Shown: positions 49,363 through 63,188 of the stretch, in pieces | Layout of the letters: each line of letters begins with the position of its first letter | Numbering within the stretch: position 1 is the first letter of the stretch | NCBI RefSeq assembly: GCF_036365525.1 | Contig: NC_090404.1 | Location: 3,906,001 to 3,970,000 of the forward strand | Reading direction: 5' to 3' | Length of the DNA stretch: 64,000 bases | Origin: Heterodontus francisci | Lineage: Eukaryota | Translations under genes and position numbers: made by a program | The notes under the pieces: model-generated | Database searches by the model: none | The model's input: only the letters and a program-made list of their open reading frames with translations | What the model was told of the DNA's origin: nothing

Positions 49363-50969
49363 CGATCTTAATGAATACTTTGCACATGTCTCCACAAAAG
49401 AAGAGGATGGTGCAGATATTGTAGTTAAGGAGGAAGTAGGGAAAATCACAGGGAAAAAGGACGTATAAATGGGATTAGTATCGTTGAAACTTGATAAATC
49501 ACCAGGGCCAGATTAAATCACTGCAGGCTGTTAAATGAACACAGAATGGAAATAGTGGAAGGTCTGTCCATCATTTTCCAGTCCTCACTGGATACCGGTG
49601 AGGTGCCAGAGGATTGGAAGACTGCTAACCTCGTATCACCATTTAAAAAGGGAGCGAGAAGTAGACTCAATAATTACAGGCCAGTCAGTTTAACCTGAGT
49701 AGTGCGCAAATTCTTGGAATCTATTGTCAGAGGCAGGATAAACTGTCTCTTAGAAGGGCACAGATTAATCAAGGGAAGTCAGCATGGATTTGTGAAGGCA
49801 AGATCTTGTCTGACCAACTTGATCGATTTTTTTTGAACAGATAACAAAGAAGATTGACGATGGTAGTGCAGTTGATGTGGTCTACATGAATTTCAGCAGG
49901 GCTTTTGACAAGGTTCCACATGGCAGACTGGTTAAAAAATAAAAGCGCATGAGATCCAAGAAAATTTAACAAAGTGGATACAAAATTGGCTCAGCAGCAG
50001 GAAACAAAGGGTAATTATTGATGGGTGTTCTTGCGATTAAAGGGCTTTTTCCAGTGGTGTTCTGCAGGGCTCAGTACTGGGTCCCCTGCTTTTGTGATAT
50101 ACAATAACGATTAATGCGAGAATACAAGAGATGTAGAGGAAGTGAGAGACCTTGGACTGAATGTCCACAGATTCCTGAAGGTAGCAGAACAGTTCGATAA
50201 CATAGTCAAGAAGGCATATGGAATCATTTCCTTTATTAGCCGAGCTATACAATATAAGGTTATGCTGGAACTGCATAAATCATTGGTTAGGCCACAACTT
50301 GAGTACTATATGCAGTTCTGGTCACCTCTTTACAGAAAGGATGTACTTGCAATAGAGCGGGTACAGAGGAGATTTATAAGGATGTTCTGGGACGGAAAAA
50401 TGCAGCTATTAGGAAAGATTGGACTGTCTAGAGTTGTTGTTGGAACAGAGAAGGCTGAGGGGAGACTTGATAGAAATGTACAACATTTTGAGGGGCCTGG
50501 ATAGAGGGATATGAAAGGAATATTTACCCTGGCAGAGAGGTCAGTGACTCGGGGACATGGCTATTAAGTAGAACGATTAAAGGGGGGATGAGGAACAAGC
50601 TTTTCACCCAGAGATGGGGGTCTGGAACTCACTGCCTGAAAGGGTAGTAGAGGCAGAAACACTCAACCCATTTAAAAATGTGTCTTAATATGCACCTCAA
50701 GTGCTTAACCTGCTGGGCGACAGACCAAATGCTGGAAGGTGGGATTCGACTCGGTGGCTCGTTTTTCAGCCGTCACATTCACGATGGGCCAAGTGGCCTC
50801 ATTCTGTTCCGTAAATGTTCTATGATTCTAAGTTGGCAGAAGACATGGCACAAAACTTTGTGTCACCTCAAACTTTGTTCCATCTCACTTGTCGTACAGC
50901 AGACCCAGGGGCACTGGCATCTCTGCCTCCATATCTGTTGCAGCCTTAGTGTGGACAGGTCACCAGATC

Positions 50970-53900
50970 AACAAGAACAAAGAACAGTACAGCACAGCAA
51001 CAGGCCATTCGGCCCTGCGCTGATCTTGATGCCCGCCGAAACTAACACCATCTGCACTTCCGGGGCCCATATCCCTCTATTCCCATCCTATTCATATATT
51101 TGTCAAGATGTCTCTTAAACATCGCTTTCGCATCTGCTTCCACAACCTCCCCTGGCAGCAGGTTCCAGGCACTCACCACCCTCTGTGTCAAAAACTTGCC
51201 TAACACATCCCCTCTAAACTTTGCTTCTCGCACCTTAAACCTATGTCCCCTAGTAACTGACTCTTCCACCCTGGGAAAAGCATCTGACTATCCACTCTGT
51301 CCATGCCGCTCATAACTTTGTAAACCTCTATCATGTCGCCGCTCCACCTCCGTCGTTCCAGTGAAAACAATCCGAGTTTTTCCAACCTCTCCTCATAGCT
51401 AATGCCCTCCAGACCAGGCAACATCCTGGTAAACCTCCTCTGTACCCTCTCCAAAGCCTCCACGTCCTTCTGGTAGTGTGGCGACCAGAATTGCACGCAA
51501 TATACGAAGTGTGGCCTAACTAAGGTTCGGTACAGCTGCAACATGACTGACCAATTTCTATACTCTATGCCCAGACCGATGAAGGCAAGCATGCCGAATG
51601 CCTTCTTGACCACCTTATCCACCTGTGTTGCCACTTTCAGTGACCTGTGGACCTGTACGCCCAGATCTCACTGCCTGTCAATACTCCTAAGGGTTCGGCC
51701 ATTTACTGTATACCTCCCACCTGCATTAGACCTTCCCAAATGCATTACCTCACATTTGTGCGGATTAAACTCCATCTGCCATTTCTCCGCCCATGTCTCC
51801 AACCGATCTATATCCTCTGACAATCCTCATCATTATCCGCAACTCCACCAACCTTTGTGTTGTCCGCAAACTTACTAATCATACCAGCTACATTTTTCTC
51901 CAAATCATTTATATATGCTACAAACAGCAAAGGTCCCAGCACTGATCCATGTGGAACACCACGAGTCACATCCCTCCATTCAGAAAAGCACCTGTTACTC
52001 TCTGTCTTCTGTGACCTAGCCAGTTCTGTATCCATCTTGCCAGCTCACCTCTGATCCCGTGTGACTTCACCTTTTGCACCAGTCTGCCATGCGGGACCTT
52101 GTCAAAGGCATTACTAAAGTCCATATAGACAACATCCACCGCCCTTCCCTCATCAATCATCTTCGTCTCTTCCTCAAAAAACTCAATCAAATTAGTAAGA
52201 CACGACCTCCCCTTCACAAAACCATGCTGTCTCTCACTAATAAGTTCATTTGTTTCCAAATGGGAGTAAATCCTGTCCCGAAGAATCCTCTCTAATAGTT
52301 TCCCTACCACTGATGTAAGGCTCACCGGCCTATAATTTCCTGGATTATCCTTGCCACCCTTCTTAAACAAAGGAATAACATTGGCTATTCTCCAGTCCTA
52401 TGGACCTCACCTGTAACCGATGAGGATGCAAAGATTTCTGTCAAGAGCCCAGCAATTTCTTCCCTTGCTTCCCACAGTATTCTAGGGAAGATCCCATCAG
52501 GCCCTGGGGACTTATCTACCTTAATGCTTTGCAAGACATCAACACCTCCTCCTTTTTGATAATGAGATGACTGAGACTATCTGCACTCCCTTCCCGAGGC
52601 TCATCATCCACAAAGTCCTTCTCCTTGGTGAATACTGATGCAAAGTACTCATTTAGCACCTCGCCCATTTCATCTGGCTCCACGCATAGATTCCTATCTC
52701 TGTCTTTGAGTGGGCCAACCCTTTCCCTGGCTACTCTGTTGCTCTTTGTATATGTATAAAAAGCCTTGGGATTTTCCTTAATCCTGTTTGCCAATGACTT
52801 TTCATGACCCCTTTTAGCCCTCCTAACTCCTTGCTTAAGTTCCTTCCTACTGTCTTTATATTGCTCAAGTGCTTCATCTGTTCCTAGCCTTCCAGTCCTT
52901 ACGAATGCTTCCTTTTTCTTTTTTACTTGGCTCACAATATCCCGTGTTATCCAAGCTTCCCGAAACTTGCCAAACTTGTCTTTCTTCCTCACAGGAACAT
53001 GCTGGTCCTGGATTCTAATCCACTGACGTTTGAAAGACTCCCACATGTCAGATGTTGATTTACCCTCAAACATCCGCCCCCAATCTAAATTCTTCAGTTC
53101 CTGCCTAATATTGTTAAAATTAGCCTTCCCCCAATTTACCACCTTCATCCAGGGACTACTCTTACCCTTATCCATAAGTACCTTAAAACTTATGGAATTA
53201 TGGTCACTGCTCCCGAAATGCTCCCCCACTGAATCTTCGACCACCTGGCCCGGCTCATTCCCCAATACCAGGTCCAGAACGACCCCATCCCTAGTTGGAC
53301 TATCTACATACTGTTTCAAGAAGCCCTTCTGGATGCTCCTCACAAATTCTGCCCCATCCAAGCCCTTACAACTAAGTGAGTCCCAGTCAATATTGGGGAA
53401 GTTAAAATCACCCACCACCACAACCCTGTTACCTTTACATCTTTCCAAAATCTGTCTACATATCTGCTCCTCTACCTCCCGCTGGCTGTTGGGAGGCCTG
53501 TAGTAAACCCCCAACATCGTGACTGCACTCTTCCTATCCCTGAGCTCCACCCATATTGCCTCGCTGCATGACCCCTCTGAGGTGTTCTCCCGCTGTACAG
53601 CTGTGATATTCTCCTTAACCAGTATTGCAACACCCCCACCCCTTTTACATCCCCCTCTATCCCGCCTGAAGCTTCTAAAGCCTGGAACATTTAGCTGCCA
53701 ATCCTGCCCTTCCCTCAACCAAGTGTCTGTAATAGCAACAACATCATATTTCCAAGTACTAATCCAAGCTCTAAGTTCATCTGCCTTACCTGTTATACTT
53801 CTCACATTGAAACAAATGCACTTAAGACCACCAGTCCCGCTGTGCTTAGAAACATCTCCCTGCCTGCTCTTCCTCTTAGTCCTACTGGCCTTATTTACTA

Positions 53901-55250
53901 TGTCCTCATTTACTTCACTAGCTGTCCTCCTGCTCTGGTTCCCATCCCCCTGCCACACTAGTTTAAACTCTCCCGAGCGACGCTAGCAAACCTTGCAGCC
54001 AGGATATTAGTGCCCTTCCAGTTCAGATGCAACCCGTCCTTCTTGTACAGGTCCCAACTGTCCCTGAAGAGAGTCCAATGGTCCAGATATCTGAAACCTT
54101 CCCTTCTACACCAGCTGCTCAGCCACGTGTTCAGCTGCACTATCTTCCTATTTCTAGCCTCACTAATCCAGAGATTACAACCTTAGAGGTCCTGTTTTTT
54201 AACTTACTACCTAACTCCCTAAACTCCCCCTACAGGACCTCATCACTCTTCCTGCCTATGTCATTGGTACCGATGTGGACCACAACCTCTGGCTGTTCAC
54301 CATCCCCCTTCAGAATGCCCTCTGTCCGTTCAGAGACATCCTTGACCCTGGCACCAGGGAGGCAACATACCTTCCTGGAGTCTCTTTCACGTCCACAGAA
54401 GCGCCTATCTGTGCACCTGACTATAGAGTCCCCTATAACTATTGCTCCTCTGAGCTTTGTCCCTCCCTGCTGAACAACAGTTCCAACCGTGGTGCCACTG
54501 CTCTGGCTGCTGCTGTTTTTCCCTGATGGGCCATCCCCCCCCAACAGTATCCAAAACGTTATACTTGTTAGTGAGGGGGATAGCCACAAGGGATTCCTGC
54601 ACTGACTGCCTGCCCCTTCCAGCGGTCACCCATCTATCTGCCTGCACTTTGGGTGTAACCACTTCTCTAAAACTCCTGTCTATGACGCTTTCCGCCACCT
54701 GCATGCTCCTAAGTGCATCCAGTTGCCACTCCAACCGATTCATGCGGTCTGTGAGGAGCTGCAACTGGGTACACTTCCTGCAGATGTAGTCGCCCGCAAC
54801 GCTGGAAGCGTCACGGACCTCCCACATCTCACACGTGAAGCACTTTACCCCTCTAACTGTCATTTGTATCACTAATTAGTTAATTGATATAAAATAAATA
54901 AATACTTATAAAATCCTTACTAAATTATGATACACTTCACTCTGTGGTCCCTAGTGCTAGATTTCTACAATAAATGTTAAATGCTGTCTAAATGCAGCAA
55001 TCTCCTCCCTCTAGTTTAGTTCCTCTACTTATTAATTAATTAATTAGTGTTTTAATCAATTTTTATCAGTTTTATTTTCAAATTCGGTATAGATTCCCTA
55101 CCAGCCAATCAGGTCACAGCTTTCCTGTGACGTCACTTTTCCAGTTTTTTTTCCCACCCTGCCGAAGCTGCCCAATCGCTGGGTAAGTACTTTATACTGA
55201 AACTTACCTTCCCAGCTGCCCCCTGGCTCGCACTCTCACTGCTACCGCTG
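50970..55250 (-). mobile_element. Essentially full-length CR1: 5'UTR, ORF1 (zinc finger/leucine zipper + SGNH esterase), ORF2 (APE + RT), with several frameshifts
   Basis: CFTCEMWE...YICRKC; IVIGDSIVR, VVVHIGTND, DGLH; ORF2 pieces 52516-53958, 51966-52370, 51200-51634; tail at 50970. Confidence 0.95.
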
Positions 55251-55889
55251 TTCAAAAAGAAAGGAAAGGAAAGATCCGATACCCTCTATGTGAAGATTGA
55301 CCAGAACACTCTGGAAAACCCAGAAAATTACCACACAGCTTCCAAAAACAATCCAGAGTACTTCCTGACACTTTGCAATAGCAGAATTACTTAAAACTTG
55401 CATTACCTGCAATTTGGCTGCTGGGTTCTTCAGACAAAGCTAATGCAAAATCCATCTTGCATCTCTGCATCTCTTGTTTGCAGAGTAGTTTACCAAACGT
55501 TGGTCGGAACTGTGTGAGGCAAATTTGGAATTCTGGCTCACATCAGGGCGGTTGGACTGTGTGACGTCAGGATAGCATCGATTCACAGGCTTTCAATGCA
55601 CTTAGGGGGCACCCCCGGCTGTTACCTTATATTAATGGAACAGTGGGCAGGCTACACTGGAAGCCCGAGTAAAGCGACGCTCGACCCCTGTAGCATCCTA
55701 GGAATTAATATCGGCTCCGGGTTTCTAAAATTCTCCACCACTTGCATTTCCTCACTTCATTTATGGGGCTGTTGTCGACTAATTGATAGAGATTGATTGC
55801 TATGATTCGTCAATAATTTCACTAACTTTGCATCATGCGGCTGCCTGGATGTCAGACAGCGAAATGGATTGAGCGGCACAGTTGATAGC

Positions 55890-56370
55890 GAACATAAGAA
55901 TTAGGAGCAGGCGTAGGCCATTTGGCTCCTAGATCTTGATGAGCATTCAATAAGATTATGGCTATTATGATTGTGGCCTTAACGCCCTTTCCTGCCTGCC
56001 GTCCATGATCCTTTACTCCCTTGCAGACCAACAATCTGTCTAACTCAGCCTTGAATACATTCAATGACGTAGCCTCCGCTGTTCCCTGGGGTAGAGAATT
56101 TCAAAGATTAAGGACCCTCTGAGAGAAGAAATTTCTCATTATCTCTGTCTTAAATGTGAATCAACCGAACGAATCTTGTATGAACTTCCTCCAATGCACG
56201 TATATCCCTCCTTAAGTAAGGTGATCAAAACCATAAGCGTACTCCAGGTGTGTTCTTATCAATGCCCCGCCCAGGTGTAGCAAGACTATCCTACTTTTAT
56301 ACTCCATCCCCCTTGCAATAGAGGCCAAATTCCATTTCCCTTCCCATTTACTTGCTGTGCCTGCATACAA
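55890..56370 (-). mobile_element. CR1 3' fragment with internal deletion
   Basis: gaacataagaattaggagcaggcgtaggcc tail; ORF2 C-terminus. Confidence 0.8.
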
Positions 56371-57047
56371 CCTGAATATTATATTCTCATTTAATTTGAT
56401 AAGTTTCCTTTCAGATTTGTTTGTTTATCATTTGTACTCCATGCGAAAGGGGCAATTTTGTTTGGTAAATTTTATTTTGTTTGATGACACTGGGGGTGTC
56501 GTTCTAATTGGCCAATCAACAAGCGAAATAGATGCTGTTTAGATTTTTTCTTCCAGCAATTCTTCTGTTCTTATGTTGATGTCCACAGGAGTGGAGTTGT
56601 GGGGCGGTGCTTAGTGAGTAGAGAACAATGCGTTGGGACAGTATGCATTCCCATTTCAGAGCATATCCTGCCCTCACGCTCCGAAACATACCCAGGAGGA
56701 TATTGAGGTCCCTGCATTAAACGGTTAAACTTGATGTTCTATAACAGTTGAATGGCCAGACTTTCTGTCATCCACTTGGAAGAAAGATACTTCAGGGCCC
56801 TCGGGGCTGGCGGGAATGTACCAGGCCTGAGTCAGCATGGGTAAGAGAACTGAAAACTAACTGAGAACTCGCTGCAACACTGAATAGTGCGGTGATGCAG
56901 TGTTCTTTGTACATTTGCAAAGTCACACCGTGGGTAAAGATCACATAGCGAGTGAATGCGTGCCTGGGAGCGGAGGCCGTTTGAAATATAGACTAGAAGA
57001 ACAAAAGATGGAATATAATAAGCAACGTTATATGGATTTTACAATTT

Positions 57048-59870
57048 TCATAATTTAAATAATTTCACAATTAGCCTCAGTGGATATTTCGCCCCATTCT
57101 TTAACTCCTCTCTGAATTTACTCTGGGTCACTGCATAAATAAACGGATTGATGCAAGAACTCAAAAGCTGAAGCATAAATCCGCTTTCCTCCAGAAGAAA
57201 GTTTGATTCCTTGAAATTGGAGCCAGAGAAATAACTAACTCTCGCAATTCGGACGTAGAGAAAAGCTATAACAATTAACAAATATAACAGGATGAAACTG
57301 CCAGAGACACAGAAAAGTAAAATAATGGACTTTCTCCGATTCTCCATCTCTGGGTCACTTTGATTCTCTCCACTGCCGTGGGTTCGGAGTCTCTTGCGGG
57401 CTCTACTAGCTGCTAGAATGTGTTTGACGGTCAGAGCATTGAACAGTAAAATTAGAATGAATGGAAGACAAGGGGTTAAACTACGGAGAATCCAGTCAAA
57501 TGCGACCCATACAGGTGATGTATAAAATATTAATGTTACGGTACAAAACCAGGGTATATTGTCAATTATATACAAAGGTTCATATATAAAATACAAGAAG
57601 GAAGTTGCCAAACAGCATACTGTACAGACCGTTCCAATAACCCGCGCCGCCATCTTCTCGGTGCAATATTTTATTTTCAGCTTCTGGCAACAAATGGCCA
57701 TAAATCGATCAAAGGTAAAAGCGACCGTTAACCAGACAGAACTACCTAAGGTTGCATAATTTAGGACAGAACGGAGACTGCATACCGGGGTGATGGACAG
57801 GAAACTGAATGGGAAATAAATACCAGCAATCCGGTTTAATATCACAGCAGTGATAATGACCAGGAGATCTGTCACCGCCATGGACACCAGGTAGTAAGTG
57901 ATACATCTGGAGAGACCGCATCTTCCTCGGGACAGGATCACAATCACTGCCAAGTTAGCTGTAGCAGAGAGAAAGAGAGAGAGACAGACAAAGAGACTGA
58001 GAGTTTGTGCATGAGACAGTGAGAACAACAAAGTTACTAGTCCAATCCAACAAAAGTCATCTCCTGTTCCTGGATTCTGCGTTAAATCTACAGCTTTGCA
58101 CGTGATTCTGAGTTGGAGATTATTCTTTATTGCTACGGGCACTTTTTTCTGCGTTTAAAACAATCATCCTGATTTTTTTTTTTAAAAGAGAGGTCAATGA
58201 CTGTTAACATGAAGGCATTGGAGACTCATTGCTACCAACGTGAAAAGAACAGATATCGAAAAAAAATAACATCAGTAATGCACAACAGAAGATACTTAAG
58301 GGGTTAAGTAACACAACAACCGGCAATAAAAATGGAAACTAACAAGAAAGTAGAAAAAAAAGCCTTGCATTTAAAACGGATTATATTTCGCTGAGAATCA
58401 AAAACGCCCTCATCGATGAATTGCTGTAAAATTATTCACTGTTGGAAAATTCGGCAGTCACCTTGTTCGAAAAGATCCTCAAGCACAGAGACGCCAACGA
58501 AGTACTCTCTGACTTTACAGAGGGGATATTTGCAACGTCGCAGAGATAACACCAAGCGCTTCTTACGATAGGCACCTGGGATCTCCTGCTTCGATCTGAA
58601 CCAACGGAACTGGCAAACATCAATCAGCCATTTTAGTTTTGTTCATGGTGGCCATTTTATGTTACCCACCGCACTGGGATATTTATTTCCTCACTCATGT
58701 ATCGCTTAATGCCTTAAAACGTGACAGGGACACAGGCATGGAGATTCCAAGACACACTCGCAGACACGAGTGAATCATTCCCGTCATGCGCTGTACGTAA
58801 ACAGGAGCTGACACTGGCAGATGACAAGGTCTCATTCGGTGAAAGGTCCGCTTTATAATGCAGCGTTTCATCAGTGCAGCACTGCACTATTTTGGGTAAA
58901 TAATTATCTTAGTTGTATAGTGGATAGTGTAATTAAAACTTTGGACTCAGATGTGAGAGATGGCAATGTAAAGAAAAGAGAAAATGCGGACTCAGTCCAG
59001 AACATTTTTAGATGCAAGGACCTCCCGGTATCAGCAGCAATCACTGCAAAACTGTCAGCAGCGATTAACCTAGAAGAGGAGAGCCGGGATGAATAGTTTG
59101 CGACTGAGAACAGTAAGGACCTTGCTTATATTTCTGTAAACAATGCTTAATAATGTCGCTTTAACAATTTCATTTCTTTAAATTGAGTCGGTAATTATTT
59201 AAGACTTGAATAATTTCAATCAGCAAGTTATTTGTGGAAATTAGTCAATGGCAATAACACAATAGACCCCCGTTCACACTCTGATAACTGTGTGATAATT
59301 CACTCACTGTTATAGTGTCAATAACACAATAGAACTACATTTACAACACAAGGAAGAAATATCTGATCTGAAACGTTAACTCTGCTTCTCTGTCCACAGA
59401 TGCTGTCGGACCTGTTGAGTATTACCAGTATTTCTTGTTTGTGTTTCAGATTTCCAGTATCTGCAGCATTTTGCTTTTATTTTTGAACTACATTTACACC
59501 GCGATAACAGTGTGATAATTCACCCATAGTAATAATGCCATTAACACAATAGAACTATATTTATACGGTGACAACATTCTGATAATTCCCCCACTGTAAC
59601 CGTGGCAATAACAAAATAGAAGCACTTTTACGCCATGATAACAATGTGATAATTCACCCACAGTGTTAGTAACACAATAGAACTACATTTACCCACAGTA
59701 GCAGTATCAGTAACCCAATAGGGCTACATTTGCACCGTGATAATTGTGTGGTAATTTACCCACAGTAATAGCACCAATAACACAGTAGAACTACATTTAC
59801 CTGGAACTCCGATAGCTGCAAGGATGGGGTAGTAAAGGGCAAATGCCAAATCTTTTGGTGATCCATGCAT
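57048..59870 (-). CDS. Two-exon class A GPCR, GPR139/GPR142-like, 326 aa (exon 1 59801-59870, exon 2 57048-57958)
   Basis: MHGSPKDLAFALYYPILAAIGVP|ANL..; TM2 MAVTDLL, TM3 TVAFTFDRFMAIC, TM5 PCLPF, TM7 NPFIY; G|gtaaat donor and acag| acceptor in phase 1; 981 nt open. Confidence 0.92.
59225..59800. repeat. ~67-bp degenerate tandem repeat at the start of the GPCR intron, interrupted by a Penelope-type repeat (59364-59484)
   Basis: gaactacatttacacc.tgataac..tgtgataattcaccca recurring at 59485, 59552 and 59619. Confidence 0.8.
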
Positions 59871-60379
59871 TTCTATCAAAAGCTCTGAGCGCGTTCTGCA
59901 CTGCACTGAAAGGCTGACACATTTATGCTTGATGTCAGGCTCCAGGGAAATAATTGGATAATTTGATGTTTTACATTTATTACGCTAATTGGATCAAACA
60001 GATTAGAGCAGCTGCTGCCGAGATCATCTTTATGTTTTGATAGAATTGCATATTTTAACATGCACTGACATGACTCTAAAGTGAAATGCTCAGAGACTGC
60101 AGTATGACCCAGTTCCATTTTCTCATGAAAGAGGAGCGTGGCAGGCGGTTGCAATGATGCAATTGAGCCTTGCGCACGAGGAATTTCCGGGTTTAAACCT
60201 TGCACAAGGAAAAACTGACCAGAGATATGCCGACCTTAAAGGGAAACGCAGCCAAGTTCTTTCTCTTGATCATTGTTCGGTCCATGTGATTACGGGTCAC
60301 ATGCACCTGGCTCCAAATCTCTCTAAGACTGTACACCCAACTTTAATAAAAATGTCTGTGTGTTTGTTGTGGAGAATTC

Positions 60380-61310
60380 CAGTTAAGCAGGCTTTCTTTC
60401 AGTGTGGCCAGGTCCATTATAAGCCGCAAATATTCAGTGTAGACATGTCCAATTCAGCAAGTTTAAATTCTGTATAGGCTGATCCATTTCAGCAAGTTAC
60501 ATTTTTGTGTACATGGCCACCTCGCAGGATAACCTTCACTGTGGGCAGGTTAATTCCAGCAAGGTACCATACAGTCTGAGAAGGGTCACGTCAGCATGAT
60601 GAATGTCAGCGTGGCTAGGAGCTGTTCAGGAAGTTCACAATCAGTGTTCAGGAGCCGAGGTCAGCCTGGATCAGCGCGGTTAAATTTAACGTGGAGAAGT
60701 CCAGTTTAAATGCGATTACATTTGTGTGGACAGCTCCAGTTCAGCGTTTACAGTACGGATTGATCCAGTTCAGCACGGTTAATTTGAATATAGACAGCTC
60801 TGGTTCAGCAAGATGAAAGATTGTGTGGACTTATCCCTCTCAATGCGGTTATCGTTATGGTGAGTTGAATCCAAACAGTAAATTTACATTCAGCGTTGAC
60901 AAATCTAGTTCAGCACGGTTGACTGGCTCAGTTCAGTACAGTTATTTTCAGTGGTGACAAGTCCATTTGAGCACGGTTACATACATTGTGCACTGGTCCA
61001 GGTTAGCTCGGCTATAATCGGCGTGGAAAGATCCAGCTCTGCATGGTTTTATTCAGGGTGGACAGGAACAATTTAGCGCGGGTATATTCAGCGTGCACAA
61101 GTCCAGTTCAGCACGGTTATGTTCAGCGTGGACAGGTCCAGTTTGGCACGGTTATATTCAGTGTGGCCAGTTACAGGTCTGTACGGTCACCTTCAGTGTG
61201 CAATGGTCCAGTTCAGCACGGTTATATTCGGCGTGGATAGGTCCACTTTACCACGGTTCCATTCAGCGTGGACAGCTGCAGCTTAGCACAGTTATATTCT
61301 GAGTTGACCC
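60380..61310. repeat. 35-bp degenerate minisatellite upstream of the GPCR
   Basis: gtccagttcagcacggttatattcagcgtggacag at 61101, 61136, 61206 and 61241. Confidence 0.85.
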
Positions 61311-63188
61311 GGTGCAGACGTGTGCTACAGAACTAGCTGCACCTCTAGCCAAGTTGTTACAAATCAGCTATAACACTGGCATCTACCCGGCAATGTGAAG
61401 AATTGCCCAAGTATGTCCTGTGCACAAAAATCAGGACAAATCCAAACCGGCCAATTACTCCCTATCAGCCTACTCCATCAGTAAAGTAATGGAAGGGGTT
61501 GTCAACAGTGCTGTCAAGTAGTACGTGCTCAACAATGACCTGCTCACTGACGTTCAGTTTGGGTTTTGCCAAAACCACTCAGCTCCTGACCTCATCACAG
61601 CCTTGGTTCAAATATGGACTAAAGAGCCAAACTCAAGAGGTGGGGTGAGAGTAACTGCCCTGGACATCAAGGCAGCATTTCACCAAGTGAAATGGCATCA
61701 AGGAACCCAAGCAAATCTGGAGTCAATGGGAATCGGGGGGAAACTCTCCACTGGTTGGAGTCATATCCAGCAGAAAGGAAGATGATTGTGGTTGATGAAG
61801 GTCAATCATCCCAGTCTCAGGACATCACGGCAGGAGTTCTTCAGGGTAGTGTCCAAGGCCCCACCGTCTTCAGCTGCCTCATAAATGACCTTCCCTCTAT
61901 CATAAGGTCAGACGTGGAGATGTTTACACAAAGTTCAACACCATTCACAACTCTGCAGATACTGAACCAGCTCATGTCCATAGGCAGCTAGAACTGGACA
62001 ACATCCAGGCTTGGGCTGATAAGTGGCAAGTAACATTTGCGCCACACAAGTGCCAGGCAATGACTATCTCAAAGAATAGAGAATCGAACCATCTCCTTTT
62101 GACGTCCAATGGCATTACCATCACTGAATCCCCCACTACCAACAACCTAAACGTCGCCATTGGCCAGAAATTGAACTGGAACAGCCACATAAGTGCGATG
62201 ATTACAAGGGCAGGTCAGAGGATGGAAATTACGCGGTGAGTACCTCACCTTGTGTTAACCCAATGCCTGTCCACCATCTAAGTCAGGAATATGATGCAAT
62301 ACTTCCCACTTGCCTGGATGGGTGCAGCTCCAATAACACTCAAGAAGCTCAACACCATTCAGGACAAAGCAGCCCACTTTATTTTATTCATTCATGGGAT
62401 GTGGGCGTCGCAGGCCAGGCCAGCATTTATTGCCCCATCCCTAATTACCCTTGAGCTGTGAGCCATTTCGAGGGCATATAAGAGTCAACCACATTGCTGT
62501 GGATCTGGACTAACATGTAGGCCATACCAGGTAAGGACAGCAGATTTCCTTCCCTGAAGGACATTAGTGAACCAGATGGGTTTTTACAACAATCGACAAT
62601 GGTTTCATGGCCATCATTAGACTAGCTTTTTAAATTCCAGATTTATTAATTGAATTCAAATTCCACTTTCTGCTGTGGTGGGATTCGAATCCATGTCCCC
62701 AGAGCACTACCCTGGGTCTCTGGGTTACTAGTCCAGTGACATTACCAGTACACCACCGCCTCCCCTTGATCGGCATTCCATCCACCACATTCAACATTCA
62801 CTCCCTTTGATACCGATGCATAGTGTGTACCGGAGACTAGATGCACTACAGCAACTCACCAAGCCTCCTTCAACAGCACTTTCTACACCCGCCACCACTA
62901 CCACCTAGAAGTACAAGGGCAGTAGATGCACCGGAACACCACTACCTGTAAGTTTCCATCCAAAGCACACATCATCCTGACGTGGAACTATATCATCGTT
63001 CCTCACTGTCGCTGGGTATAAATCCTGGAACTCCCTTCCTAACATCACTGTGGGTGCACCTACACCTCAAGGACTGCAGCGGTTGGAAAAGGCAGCTCAC
63101 CATCACCTTCTCAAGGGAAAATAAGGATCGGAAATAAATGCTGGACTAGCCTGCGACGCCTACATCCCACGAACAAATAAAAAAAAAT
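61310..63188 (+). mobile_element. Degraded non-LTR retrotransposon (CR1/L2-group RT, different family) with A-rich tail
   Basis: QFGF..NHSAPDLITALVQ, ALDIKAAF, AGV.QGSV.GP; tail aataaatgctgg..cccac..aaaa. Confidence 0.8.
62380..62765 (-). mobile_element. tRNA-derived SINE nested in the LINE, sharing its 3' tail
   Basis: B box gattcgaatccc; tail ggcaataaatgctggcc..cccatgaatgaataaaa. Confidence 0.75.

Larger units (their letters stand above)
45600..50830 (+). mobile_element. Old near full-length CR1 (ORF1 zinc finger + esterase, ORF2), heavily disrupted, hosting nested insertions
   Basis: CTS..MWE...C.K..QLQQLELRV; IVIGDSII; CLPGAR; degenerate EN and RT segments; tail at ~50820. Confidence 0.85.

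Noticed and set aside
57959-58142. N-terminus of the 364-aa GPCR ORF in the track
   Set aside because: Intron read-through; the true N-terminus is exon 1 at 59801-59870
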